Source: Lachnospiraceae bacterium (GTDB taxonomy: Bacteria; Bacillota; Clostridia; Lachnospirales; Lachnospiraceae). From it: a stretch of DNA of 64,000 nt. Position numbers and translations under genes: made by a program. Each line of letters starts with the position of its first letter. The first letter of the stretch is position 1. The DNA lies in the NCBI GenBank assembly GCA_051891855.1, contig JBJFFP010000082.1:12078-76077 (forward strand). The letters are read 5' to 3'. Below, one piece after another: positions 15,985 through 25,793 of this stretch. The notes beneath the pieces were generated by a model that saw only the letters and a program-made list of their open reading frames with translations, was not told where the DNA came from and made no database searches.

Positions 15985-17856
15985 ATGAACAAGAGAAAAG
16001 ACTGGATAAAAAATATTGCGATAATTTTTCTGTCCATCATGCTGGTATTGACTTTTTTTTCCAATAGCATTATGAATTATTCTCTGCCGGAGGTGGCTAC
16101 GGCAATGGTTGAGCCGGGAACGGTTACAGCCAAGATACGGGGAACAGGTACCTTAACGGCAGATGACCCTTACAAGGTGAGTATACAGGAAAGCCGTGTG
16201 ATTGCCAGTGTGGCAGTTAAGGAAGGGGATGTGGTGGAAAAGGATCAGGTACTGTTCTATCTGGAGGATAAGGAAAGTGAGGAACTGAAGGCGGCAGAGG
16301 ATAAGCTGAATGAACTGGTCCTGGCTTATACCACGGAGCTGCTTTCAGGAGATATTTCCCAGCAGTCCTATCAGAATATCCAAAGTGGGAATATTTCGGG
16401 AACAAATACGTATCAGAACCGTATTAACGAGGCCAGACAGAAGGTGGAGAGTGCACAGGCCACAGTGGATTCTCTGGCAAAGCAGATTGCCATTACCACA
16501 GCAGGCGTCAATGACAGTGCGGATAAAGAGACTGCCTTAAAAAATGCGGAAGCGGCAAAGAGTCAGGCGGCAGAACAGTTGACTGCGGCACAGACCAAAT
16601 TGAGCTCTGCCCAAACGGAGCTGGGTGGGTTTGATGCCACTCAATTGACGGACGATAAATTACAGAAGGAACAGGCGGAGGCGACGAGGCAAGCTGAGTA
16701 CGAGAATGCCAGACAGGCCTGTGAAACAGCCATCAATAACCAACTTACCACCCAGGGAAAGAGCCCCATAACCGTGGAGGATTTGGCAAAAAAAAGCAAC
16801 TGGAATGAATACCTGGGGACACTGAGTAAAATCATCGAAGAGATTAAGGCTGGCGGCGGAGCGGATGTATCGGCTGAGCTTACCGCTATGAAAAGTGCCT
16901 TTGAAGTGTACCGGGCAGCAAAGGCAGACCGGGAAAAAGCAGAGACGGAATTGAATCAAAAATACAGCCTGAGTAAACAGCTTCCGCAGCTGAAATCAGC
17001 AGTAAGCAAGGCTCAGAATTATTATGATGAATGCAGTACCCTGGTTCAAAGTCTGACCAATGAGATTAATAACAATACCATTAATGCCAATCAGCAGAAG
17101 GCTAATTTGGACAAAAGCAAAATTGGGGCAGATGAGGCCCTGAAAACAGCGGAAAATGAGCTAAAGCAGCTTCTTACCGATGTGAGCAAGGAGCTGGGGC
17201 TTTCCAATCAGAACAATACCATTCGCGAGCAGCAGAAGGAAGTGGAGAGGCTGAGAGATAAGGCACAGGGAAGCACCATTGTGGCACCGGTGGCAGGAAC
17301 CGTCAGCAGCATCACCAAAACAGCAGGAGAAACCACTGTGCCGGATGAAGCCCTGGTGACTATGCTGCCGGAAGGAAAGGGCTACAGCATGAGCTTTTCC
17401 GTAACTAACGATCAGGCAAAAAAGGTTTCCGTGGGAGATGTGGCCGAGCTGCAAAATTCCTGGTTTTACGGCGATGTGAAGGCCACCCTTACCGCTATTC
17501 GTCCGGATACAGAAAATCCCGGGCAGAAAAAGCTGCTTTACTTTAATGTAGCGGGAGAGGTACAGCCGGGACAGAATATCAGCCTGTCTATTGGACAAAA
17601 AAGTGCTAATTATGACATGATCGTACCTAACAGTTCCGTCAGGGAAGATAAAAACGGTAAATTTATTTTGATCGTGGAATCCAGAAATTCACCCCTGGGT
17701 AATCGGTATATTGCCACCAGAGTAGATGTGGAGGTATTGGCTTCGGATGATGTCAATACAGCAATCAATGCACCGCTATACGGTTATGAGTATGTGATTA
17801 CCACATCAACAAAGCCTGTAGAAGCAGGAAAGCAGGTACGGCTTGCAGAAAATTAG
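15985..17856 (+). CDS. HlyD-family / periplasmic-adaptor-like membrane fusion protein with a very long coiled coil
   Basis: 623 aa. N-terminal TM helix, lipoyl-like hairpin halves (VKEGDVVEKDQVLFYL ... IVAPVAGTVSSI), about 350 aa of Ala/Gln/Glu-rich coiled coil, and a C-terminal beta-barrel-like region. Confidence 0.7.
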   Translation: MNKRKDWIKNIAIIFLSIMLVLTFFSNSIMNYSLPEVATAMVEPGTVTAKIRGTGTLTADDPYKVSIQESRVIASVAVKEGDVVEKDQVLFYLEDKESEELKAAEDKLNELVLAYTTELLSGDISQQSYQNIQSGNISGTNTYQNRINEARQKVESAQATVDSLAKQIAITTAGVNDSADKETALKNAEAAKSQAAEQLTAAQTKLSSAQTELGGFDATQLTDDKLQKEQAEATRQAEYENARQACETAINNQLTTQGKSPITVEDLAKKSNWNEYLGTLSKIIEEIKAGGGADVSAELTAMKSAFEVYRAAKADREKAETELNQKYSLSKQLPQLKSAVSKAQNYYDECSTLVQSLTNEINNNTINANQQKANLDKSKIGADEALKTAENELKQLLTDVSKELGLSNQNNTIREQQKEVERLRDKAQGSTIVAPVAGTVSSITKTAGETTVPDEALVTMLPEGKGYSMSFSVTNDQAKKVSVGDVAELQNSWFYGDVKATLTAIRPDTENPGQKKLLYFNVAGEVQPGQNISLSIGQKSANYDMIVPNSSVREDKNGKFILIVESRNSPLGNRYIATRVDVEVLASDDVNTAINAPLYGYEYVITTSTKPVEAGKQVRLAEN

Positions 17857-17871
17857 AACCGGAGGAGAAGT

Positions 17872-18954
17872 GTGAATAAGTGGAGAGATAAATTAACGGG
17901 AAAGAGGATTTTCCTGTTTGGTGCAGGAATACTCTGTCTGCTTCTTTTCGGAATCATTACTCTGACGGAGAAGACTATCCAAAATGGCCTGTATGATCAG
18001 CAGCTGGCGGCCCGATGGTCGGAAAATAAAGACGTTTCACAGGTCAGTGCCTTTTTTGCGGCAGGAGAAGTAGATGGTCCTGATTATTTTACCGGTATTG
18101 GAATGACTCTGGATAAAAAGCTGACGGAAGCCTCACTGACAGCACCTAATGAGCAGGCCAGATTAAGAATAGATGCCATCAGCATTCCGGGGAAGGTCAC
18201 CTTAAGCAATGGAAGCAGGAGTACAGAGCTTACCGCTTTTGGGGTAAAGGGAGATTTTTTTCAGTTTCATCCCCTTATGCTGTTGGAGGGCTCCTTCTTC
18301 GATTTAAACAGCATGATGCAGGATGGAATCATTATCGATGAAGAAACGGCATGGCAGCTTTTCGGCTCCAGTGATGTAGCGGGAATGCAGGTGATGCTTG
18401 GCCAGGTGCCCCATTATATTTCAGGAGTGGTCAGACGGGATTCCGGTAGGATAGCCGAGGCGGCAGGACTGGATAAATCGGTCTGCTATCTGTCCATAGA
18501 CAGTCTTTTGAAGTATGGCATGGTAAATGGAGGCTACTGCTATGAGGTATTGATGCCAAATCCGGTAAAGGGCTTTGCCCGGACGGCTCTTTCCGAAGCC
18601 TTAGAGGCAGAAAAGAAACAGGTTCATCTTGTAGAAAACAGTACACGGTTTCAAAGCCTGTCACTTTTGGAGATTATTGTCGGCTTTGGAACCAGGAGCA
18701 TGTCGAAGCAGCAGATTATTTACCCTTACTGGGAAAACATGGCCAGAGGCTACGAGGATATTTTTGCCCTGATCCTTATTCTTAAGGCAGTACTGCTGAT
18801 TTATCCTAGTCTATTTGGGGGAATAAGCCTTATTCTTTTTTGGAAGAAAAGACACCGGCCCCTGAGGGAAAAAGTTTTCCGTTTAAGAGAAAAGCTATAT
18901 GATTACAGTGTAAAATTAAACAACCGAAAAAAAGAGGAAGGAAGAAAGAAGTGA
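17872..18954 (+). CDS. Two-TM membrane protein with a MacB-like periplasmic core domain but no complete FtsX TM bundle
   Basis: 360 aa. A TM helix lies near each end. The central region (GIIIDEETAWQLFGSSDVAGMQVMLG) resembles the MacB/FtsX extracytoplasmic domain. GTG start with SD GGAGGAG. Confidence 0.55.
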   Translation: MNKWRDKLTGKRIFLFGAGILCLLLFGIITLTEKTIQNGLYDQQLAARWSENKDVSQVSAFFAAGEVDGPDYFTGIGMTLDKKLTEASLTAPNEQARLRIDAISIPGKVTLSNGSRSTELTAFGVKGDFFQFHPLMLLEGSFFDLNSMMQDGIIIDEETAWQLFGSSDVAGMQVMLGQVPHYISGVVRRDSGRIAEAAGLDKSVCYLSIDSLLKYGMVNGGYCYEVLMPNPVKGFARTALSEALEAEKKQVHLVENSTRFQSLSLLEIIVGFGTRSMSKQQIIYPYWENMARGYEDIFALILILKAVLLIYPSLFGGISLILFWKKRHRPLREKVFRLREKLYDYSVKLNNRKKEEGRKK

Positions 18955-21254
18955 AAAAAAGAATCAGAATGACAGCAGGACTGCTGGCCCTTGCCATGGC
19001 ACTGACAGCCTGTGGCGGACAGAAAACAAAGGAAAATGAAGTTCAGCAGGAATCCCTGTTCAATAAGGAGTATGTTTTCCGGGAAGAAGAATTTGAACTG
19101 ACCGATAATGTGGATAATCTGATGCAGATTACAGTGGTTGGGGATACCATCTATACCGAGGAAGCAAACTATAGCATGAGTGGGGGAGCTGCAAGGCTGG
19201 AAGAAGCTGATACTGGGGAAGAGACGGGGGCTGCCGAAAATGTTGAGGAAGGATATATCCTGGTTTTTACGGCTTATGATCTGAAAGGGAATCAGCTTAG
19301 ACGGTTTGAAAATAAACTTCCTGCTAATTGCGGGCCGGGAAGTATGACTGCAGACAGTCAGGGAAATATTTATTCGGTCTACAGCCACTATGGCACAGGA
19401 GATGATGGAAATGAGGATTATCGGGTATATTTGCAGGGGCACTCTCCGGAGGGCCAGGAGCTGTTTACCCTTTGGCTGAATGAAAACCAGTCTCCGGATG
19501 AATATTATTATGTAAATTCCCTTATCTGTACGGAAGATGGCAGATTGATTCTGGAGTCAGGAAGTACCATAGAAATATATGATTCACAGGGAACTGAGCT
19601 TGGCCGAATTGATAATAAGGAAGGCGGACAGCTGCTGAAAATCAGAGGAGATGTATTTATCACTTTGGAAGGCGATGGTGAGAATGCCTTTTTACAGACC
19701 ATAGACTTGGAAAGCGGCCAAAGGGGAGAAAAGCAGGAGCTTCCTTTTCCCATTTATTCTTATAACTATATGAGCGGTAGCTTTTATGATTTTTATTTAT
19801 CCAATGAAAAGGGGATTTTCGGTTTCAATCTGGGAGATGCAGAGCCAACCATGATTATGGATTTTCTATCCTCAGATTTTGCCAGCTATGGAATGAGCAA
19901 TGTGTCATTTTTGGATGAAGATAATTTTATTGCACTGTATTATGGTGAAGAGGGCTCAAAGCTCAGCCGTTTTGTGAAGATTCCGGCAGAAGAAGTGGTG
20001 GAAAAGAAAGAAATTATCCTGGGCTGCTACTATCTGGACAGTGCGGTAAAAACTCAGGCCATGAAATTTAATAAGGAGAGTAATACTCACCGAATCGTAT
20101 TCATGGATTATTCTGAATATAATACAGAGGAAGACTATACTATCGGTTTAAACAGACTAAATTCGGATATTGCCTCCGGTAAGGTTCCCGATATTGTGGC
20201 ACTGCAGAATGGAATGCCCGTAGAAAGCTATATGGCAAAGGGCTTATTTACCGACTACTATGAGTTAATGGAGAAAGATTCAACCTTTAAAAAGGAAGAT
20301 TATCTGCAAAATGTTTTTGAGGCATATTCCATGAATGGCAAGCTGTATCAGATGGTTCCCAGCTTCTATGTCAGAACGATTGTGGGAAGAACGGAAGATG
20401 TGGGAGAGGATTTCAGCTGGACCATGGATGAGGCTCTGGCTCTTCAGGCCTCCAAGCCGGAAGGAACAGTTCTCTTTACCGATATGATACAGACGGATTT
20501 TTTGGGCCAGTGTCTCTTGAACAGCGGAAATGAGTATATTAACTGGGAAACTGGTGAGTGTAGATTTGATTCCGAAGAGTTTATCCAGATGTTGGAATAT
20601 GCCAAAACTCTGCCGGAAAAATATAATGAAGAGGATTATTTTGATGAGAGTGTCTGGCAGGAAAGAGAAACTCAGTACAGGGAAGGAAAGGCAGTTCTCT
20701 TTCCCACGGTGTTGAGTAGCTTCAACGATTATGGAAATTGGAAATATGCTACCTTTGGAGATGACATAACGATGGTAGGCTTTCCCACTAAGGAAGGAAA
20801 TGGCTCAGCACTGATTTCCAGCTTTAATCTGGCAATCAGTGCACAAAGCGAAGCCCAGGATGTGGCCTGGCAATTTGTAAAGAGCTTTTTAGAGGAAGAA
20901 TATCAGGATAATATGGAGTACTTCTTCCCCATTCGGCTGTCAAGTCTTCAAAAGCAGGCCCAAAAAGCTATGGAAAAGCCTTATTACACCGATAATGAGG
21001 GGAATAAGGTGGAATATGATATGACCTATTATGTGGGCAGTATGGAAATTAAGGTTGATCCCCTGAACAAGGAAGAGACAGACCGGGTTATGGAGTTTCT
21101 GCAAAGTATAAATAAAATCAGCAGCTACAATGATGAATTGTTCAACATTGTGTCGGAAGAGTCCCAAAGCTTTTTACAAGGAGAAAAATCAGCTAAGGAG
21201 GCTGCTGAAATTATCCAAAGCAGAGCAAAAATTTATATCAATGAAAATCGATAA
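18951..21254 (+). CDS. Large lipoprotein: N-terminal repeat-rich (beta-propeller-like?) domain fused to an extracellular solute-binding domain
   Basis: 767 aa with lipobox LALAMALTAC|GG. The C-terminal ~430 aa look like a CUT1 sugar-binding protein. The N-terminal ~330 aa are an extra domain. Confidence 0.7.
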   Translation: MKKRIRMTAGLLALAMALTACGGQKTKENEVQQESLFNKEYVFREEEFELTDNVDNLMQITVVGDTIYTEEANYSMSGGAARLEEADTGEETGAAENVEEGYILVFTAYDLKGNQLRRFENKLPANCGPGSMTADSQGNIYSVYSHYGTGDDGNEDYRVYLQGHSPEGQELFTLWLNENQSPDEYYYVNSLICTEDGRLILESGSTIEIYDSQGTELGRIDNKEGGQLLKIRGDVFITLEGDGENAFLQTIDLESGQRGEKQELPFPIYSYNYMSGSFYDFYLSNEKGIFGFNLGDAEPTMIMDFLSSDFASYGMSNVSFLDEDNFIALYYGEEGSKLSRFVKIPAEEVVEKKEIILGCYYLDSAVKTQAMKFNKESNTHRIVFMDYSEYNTEEDYTIGLNRLNSDIASGKVPDIVALQNGMPVESYMAKGLFTDYYELMEKDSTFKKEDYLQNVFEAYSMNGKLYQMVPSFYVRTIVGRTEDVGEDFSWTMDEALALQASKPEGTVLFTDMIQTDFLGQCLLNSGNEYINWETGECRFDSEEFIQMLEYAKTLPEKYNEEDYFDESVWQERETQYREGKAVLFPTVLSSFNDYGNWKYATFGDDITMVGFPTKEGNGSALISSFNLAISAQSEAQDVAWQFVKSFLEEEYQDNMEYFFPIRLSSLQKQAQKAMEKPYYTDNEGNKVEYDMTYYVGSMEIKVDPLNKEETDRVMEFLQSINKISSYNDELFNIVSEESQSFLQGEKSAKEAAEIIQSRAKIYINENR

Positions 21255-21295
21255 AGTCAGTTGACAAAGTATTTTTCTTTCAGTATCCTAATGAT

Positions 21296-21604
21296 TAGAC
21301 AAAGATAACGACAGGGAGGAGTACAAAGTGCTTCTTGCCAGAGAGAGGAGCCCATAGGCTGGAAGGCTCCCCCAAGTAAGGCTTTTGGAAGGTAGCCCTG
21401 GAATCGGAAGGCTGAACAGGACGAGAGGGAATCAGTAGGCTTTCACGGGTCATCTCCGTTATCCGATGGAGCTTTCCGGCTGCCTGCCGGGAACCGAAGA
21501 GACCTTCTTGCGGGCTTGTGTAACGAGCTTCGGGACAGGTGAACAAAGGTGGTACCGCGTTAACTACGCCCTTTGACTGAGTAATCAGTCAAAGGGCATT
21601 TTTG
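21296..21604 (+). promoter_or_regulatory. T-box leader (tRNA-sensing riboswitch) with intrinsic terminator, upstream of valS
   Basis: T-box sequence AAAGGTGGTACCGCG at 21545-21559. AGTA and AGAGA stem-I elements lie near 21320 and 21340. The terminator GCCCTTTGACTGA / TCAGTCAAAGGGC plus T-run spans 21568-21604. Several GUA triplets could be the Val specifier, and I cannot fix which one. Confidence 0.85.
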
Positions 21605-21623
21605 ATGAAGGAGATTAAACAAA

Positions 21624-24269
21624 ATGAGTAAAGAACTGGCAAAAACCTATGATCCTCACAGTATGGAGGACAGGCTGTATCAAAAATGGATGGAGAAGAA
21701 CTATTTTCACGCAGAGGTGGATCACGGCAAAACCCCCTTTACCATCGTGATTCCTCCTCCCAACATTACGGGACAGCTGCATATGGGACATGCTCTGGAT
21801 AATACCATGCAGGATATCCTCATTCGTTTCAAGCGGATGCAGGGCTATAATGCCCTTTGGCAGCCGGGAACCGACCATGCCAGCATTGCTACCGAGGTTA
21901 AGATTATTGAAAAGCTGAAGGAAGAGGGAATCCGCAAGGAAGACCTGGGGCGTGAAGGCTTTCTGGAAAGAGCCTGGGAGTGGAAGAAGGAATACGGCGG
22001 ACGGATTATTGAGCAGTTGAAGAAGCTGGGCTCCTCCTGCGATTGGGATAGAGAACGATTTACTATGGATGAAGGCTGTAGCAGAGCCGTTACAGAAGTT
22101 TTCTGCAAGATGCATGAAAAGGGCTGGATATATAAGGGCAGCCGTATTATTAACTGGTGTCCTGTCTGCAATACCTCCATTTCCGATGCGGAGGTAGAAT
22201 ATGAGGAGCAGGAGGGAAAATTCTGGCATATCAAGTATCCCATTAAGGATACCCATGAATTTCTGGAATTTGCAACCACCCGTCCCGAAACCATGCTGGG
22301 GGATACGGCAGTGGCCGTTAATCCTGAGGATGAGCGTTATCAGCATTTAATCGGTAAAACCGTTATCCTTCCCTTTATCAATCGGGAGATTCCCATTGTG
22401 GCGGATGCCTATGTTGATATGGAATTTGGTACCGGTGTGGTAAAAATCACTCCCGCCCATGACCCTAACGATTTTGAGGTGGGAAAACGGCATAATCTTC
22501 CGGAAATCAATATCATGAACGATGATGCTACCATTAATGAAAATGGCGGTAAATTTGCCGGTATGGATCGCTATGAAGCAAGAAAGGCCATCGTAAGAGA
22601 GCTGGAGGAAATGGGGCTTTTGGTTCGTATAGAAGACCATGTACACAACGTAGGTACCCATGACCGCTGTAAGACCACCATTGAGCCAATGATCAAGCAG
22701 CAGTGGTTTGTGAAAATGGAGGAGCTGATCAAGCCGGCTGTGGAAGCAGTAAAATCCGGGGATATTCAGCTGGTTCCCGAGAGAATGAATAAGACCTATT
22801 TTAACTGGACCGACAATATCCGTGACTGGTGTATCAGCCGTCAGCTCTGGTGGGGACATCGGATTCCGGCTTATTATTGTAAAGAGTGCAAAGAAACCAT
22901 CGTATCAGCCAAAGAGCCCACAACCTGTCCTAAATGCGGCTGTACTCATCTGACTCAGGATGAAGACACTTTGGATACATGGTTTTCCTCTGCCCTGTGG
23001 CCTTTTTCCACCCTTGGCTGGCCAGAGGAAACGGAGGATCTGAAGTATTTTTATCCCACAGATGTACTGGTAACCGGTTACGATATTATTTTCTTCTGGG
23101 TTATTCGGATGATCTTCTCCGGTTATGAACAGATGGGAGAGCGACCCTTTAAGACCGTTCTTTTCCATGGTCTGGTAAGGGATGCACAGGGAAGAAAAAT
23201 GTCTAAATCCCTGGGGAATGGTATCGATCCTTTGGAGATTATTGAACAGTATGGCGCAGATGCCCTAAGATTGACCTTGATTACCGGTAATGCACCGGGG
23301 AATGATATGCGTTTTTATCATGAACGGGTTGAGGCCAGCAGAAACTTTGCCAATAAGGTCTGGAATGCCTCCCGCTTCATTCTGATGAATATGGAAGGGA
23401 AAACGATTACTCAGCCAAAGGATTCAGCCCTTGAACCGGCAGATAGGTGGATTCTGTCCAGATTAAACAGCCTGGTTCAGGAGGTGACCGACAATATGGA
23501 AGGCTTTGAGCTGGGGATTGCGGTACAGAAGGTTTATGATTTCATCTGGGATGAGTTCTGCGACTGGTATATTGAGATGGTAAAACCCCGTCTGTATAAC
23601 AGTAAGGATGCCGAAAGCAGCAACAGTGCCCTTTGGACCTTGAAGACCGTACTGCTGGATGCCTTGAAGCTTCTGCATCCTTATATGCCCTTCATAACTG
23701 AAGAAATCTTCTGTACCTTACAGGCAGAAGAAGAGTCTGTTATGATCAGCTCCTGGCCGGTTTACCGGGGAGAAAGAAGCTTTGCAAAAGAAGAGAAAGA
23801 GATCGAGCTGATTAAGGAAGCGGTCAGGGGGATTCGGAACGTACGCACCGAGATGAACGTACCGCCAAGCAAAAAAGCTATGGTATATGTGGTAAGCGAC
23901 CAGAAAGAAATTCGTTCTGTTTTTAAGGAAAGTGATCTGTTTTTTGCCACTCTTGCCTATGCCTCCCAGGTAAAAATCCAGACAGACAAGACAGGGATTG
24001 CCGATGATGCCGTATCCGTAGTGATTCCCGGAGCAGTCTGTTACATGCCTTTTGCTGAGCTTGTGGATATCAGCAAGGAAATTGAACGTTTGGAAAAGGA
24101 GGAAAAACGCCTGGAGGGTGAGCTTGCCAGAGTTGACGGTATGCTTAAGAACGAGAAATTTGTCAGTAAGGCACCAGCGGCTAAGATTGAAGAAGAAAGA
24201 GGAAAACAGGCCAAATATCAGCAGATGATGGAGCAGGTAAGAGAAAGGCTTGTACAGCTTAGAGGCTAA
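21624..24269 (+). CDS. valS: Valine--tRNA ligase
   Basis: 881 aa. HIGH motif ([14 protein letters not shown]), KMSKS motif, and a C-terminal coiled coil. Confidence 0.97.
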   Translation: MSKELAKTYDPHSMEDRLYQKWMEKNYFHAEVDHGKTPFTIVIPPPNITGQLHMGHALDNTMQDILIRFKRMQGYNALWQPGTDHASIATEVKIIEKLKEEGIRKEDLGREGFLERAWEWKKEYGGRIIEQLKKLGSSCDWDRERFTMDEGCSRAVTEVFCKMHEKGWIYKGSRIINWCPVCNTSISDAEVEYEEQEGKFWHIKYPIKDTHEFLEFATTRPETMLGDTAVAVNPEDERYQHLIGKTVILPFINREIPIVADAYVDMEFGTGVVKITPAHDPNDFEVGKRHNLPEINIMNDDATINENGGKFAGMDRYEARKAIVRELEEMGLLVRIEDHVHNVGTHDRCKTTIEPMIKQQWFVKMEELIKPAVEAVKSGDIQLVPERMNKTYFNWTDNIRDWCISRQLWWGHRIPAYYCKECKETIVSAKEPTTCPKCGCTHLTQDEDTLDTWFSSALWPFSTLGWPEETEDLKYFYPTDVLVTGYDIIFFWVIRMIFSGYEQMGERPFKTVLFHGLVRDAQGRKMSKSLGNGIDPLEIIEQYGADALRLTLITGNAPGNDMRFYHERVEASRNFANKVWNASRFILMNMEGKTITQPKDSALEPADRWILSRLNSLVQEVTDNMEGFELGIAVQKVYDFIWDEFCDWYIEMVKPRLYNSKDAESSNSALWTLKTVLLDALKLLHPYMPFITEEIFCTLQAEEESVMISSWPVYRGERSFAKEEKEIELIKEAVRGIRNVRTEMNVPPSKKAMVYVVSDQKEIRSVFKESDLFFATLAYASQVKIQTDKTGIADDAVSVVIPGAVCYMPFAELVDISKEIERLEKEEKRLEGELARVDGMLKNEKFVSKAPAAKIEEERGKQAKYQQMMEQVRERLVQLRG

Positions 24270-24288
24270 GGCAGGAAGTGCAAGAAGG

Positions 24289-25608
24289 ATGATAACAAGC
24301 TATGAAGAAGCGAAAGAATACATTCTTTCCATTCCTAAGTTTACGCAAAAGAATACTTGGGAAAGAACCCGTGACTTTTATGAATTTTTAGGAAAGCCGG
24401 GAAAGGCCAGCAGGATAATTCATGTGGCAGGAACCAACGGAAAGGGCTCGGTCTGTGCCTACATGGATTCCTGCCTGAAGGTAGGGGGAGTCAGTGTGGG
24501 AATGTTTACTTCCCCTCATCTGGTAAACATACGGGAGAGGATACGGTTAAATCAGGAGTGGATCAATGAGGAGGACTTTTTAACCACCTTTCACCGATTG
24601 GAAAAGGAGCTGCAGGAATATAGGAGAAAAAGCTCTTTTTCGGAGACTGCGGGAGAGGACTACCACCCCACCTTTTTTGAGTGGATGTTTTTTTTATGTA
24701 TGCTGTATTTTCAGGAAAAACAGCCGGAAGTGATTCTGCTGGAAACAGGACTGGGAGGGAAACTGGATGCAACAAATGTAATCGATGCCCCTAAAGTAGC
24801 AGTCATCACCTCTATCGGCATGGATCATACCCAATATCTGGGGAATACTCTGGAAGAAATTGCCGGTGAAAAGGCCGGAATTATCAAACCGGGCAGCCGG
24901 GTGGTTTATGCGGCTATGAACCCTTCTGTTGAGGCAATAATGAAAAAAAAGACAGAGGAATGTGGGTGTTTATCACGAAGGGTGTCAAAACCAGCGAAGA
25001 CGAGCCTGGATTTGGGGAATAAAAGGATTGATTTTTCTTTTACTTCTCGTTATTATGGATATATTCCGATTTGCTTGAGTACAATCGCGGGATATCAGAC
25101 AAAAAATGCAGCCCTGGCTCTCGCCTCTCTGGAGGAGGCAGGGCTGATTTTAAAACCCCATCAGTTAAAGGAAGGGTTAGCAGGCTGCCGGTGGGAAGGG
25201 CGGATGGAAGAGGTACTGCCCGGAGTCGTTTTGGATGGAGCCCATAATAGGGAAGGCATAGAAGCTTTTCTGGAAACGGTGGCCATGGATGGCTGTGGGG
25301 GAAAGCGCTGGCTTCTATTTTCCGTGGTACAGGATAAGGAGGCACAAATGATGGCCGCCGCCATAAAGGAGTCCGGTTTATTTGAATATATTCAGGCTGT
25401 ACCCCTGGAAAACAAAAGAGGACTTTCTAAAGAGAAGCTGAGGAGTTTGTTTGGACATTGGCAGATAAGGGTGGGGGAGGATGTTCCCACAGCATTGAAG
25501 GAGCTGCTTGGGCTACGAAAGCAGGAGGATATTGTTTATGTGGCCGGGTCCTTATATCTGGTTGGGCAGGTGAAGGAATATCTGGCGACGGAAGAATTGC
25601 GGTGCTGA
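24289..25608 (+). CDS. folC: Bifunctional folylpolyglutamate synthase / dihydrofolate synthase
   Basis: P-loop HVAGTNGKGS, Mur-ligase-like architecture, and classic valS-folC synteny. ATG at 24289 is preferred over the overlapping track start at 24250. Confidence 0.9.
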   Translation: MITSYEEAKEYILSIPKFTQKNTWERTRDFYEFLGKPGKASRIIHVAGTNGKGSVCAYMDSCLKVGGVSVGMFTSPHLVNIRERIRLNQEWINEEDFLTTFHRLEKELQEYRRKSSFSETAGEDYHPTFFEWMFFLCMLYFQEKQPEVILLETGLGGKLDATNVIDAPKVAVITSIGMDHTQYLGNTLEEIAGEKAGIIKPGSRVVYAAMNPSVEAIMKKKTEECGCLSRRVSKPAKTSLDLGNKRIDFSFTSRYYGYIPICLSTIAGYQTKNAALALASLEEAGLILKPHQLKEGLAGCRWEGRMEEVLPGVVLDGAHNREGIEAFLETVAMDGCGGKRWLLFSVVQDKEAQMMAAAIKESGLFEYIQAVPLENKRGLSKEKLRSLFGHWQIRVGEDVPTALKELLGLRKQEDIVYVAGSLYLVGQVKEYLATEELRC

Positions 25609-25632
25609 TTTTGACAGCAGAGAAGTGAGGAA

Positions 25633-25782
25633 ATGATGATAAATTTTGAAGAGGAATTGAAGAAGTTTCATCTCAGCCTGGAAATAGAAGAGGCAGAAGA
25701 TGCTTTATATAGAAAGAATCTGACGGATATTGCAGATTTAGTTGTGGAAATCGTTAAGGAAGTTAAAGAGGACAAAGAGTAG
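25633..25782 (+). CDS. Possible small acidic protein (49 aa)
   Basis: ATG is preceded by GAAGTGAGGAA. Translation: MMINFEEELKKFHLSLEIEEAEDALYRKNLTDIADLVVEIVKEVKEDKE. It ends 11 nt before the next gene. No homology recognised. Confidence 0.35.
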   Translation: MMINFEEELKKFHLSLEIEEAEDALYRKNLTDIADLVVEIVKEVKEDKE

Positions 25783-25793
25783 AGGAAACAGAG

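Noticed and set aside
21615-22859. Minus-strand ORFs of 243, 149 and 170 aa opposite valS
   Set aside because: They are entirely antisense to the unambiguous valS gene. They are typical shadow ORFs with no SD or motifs.
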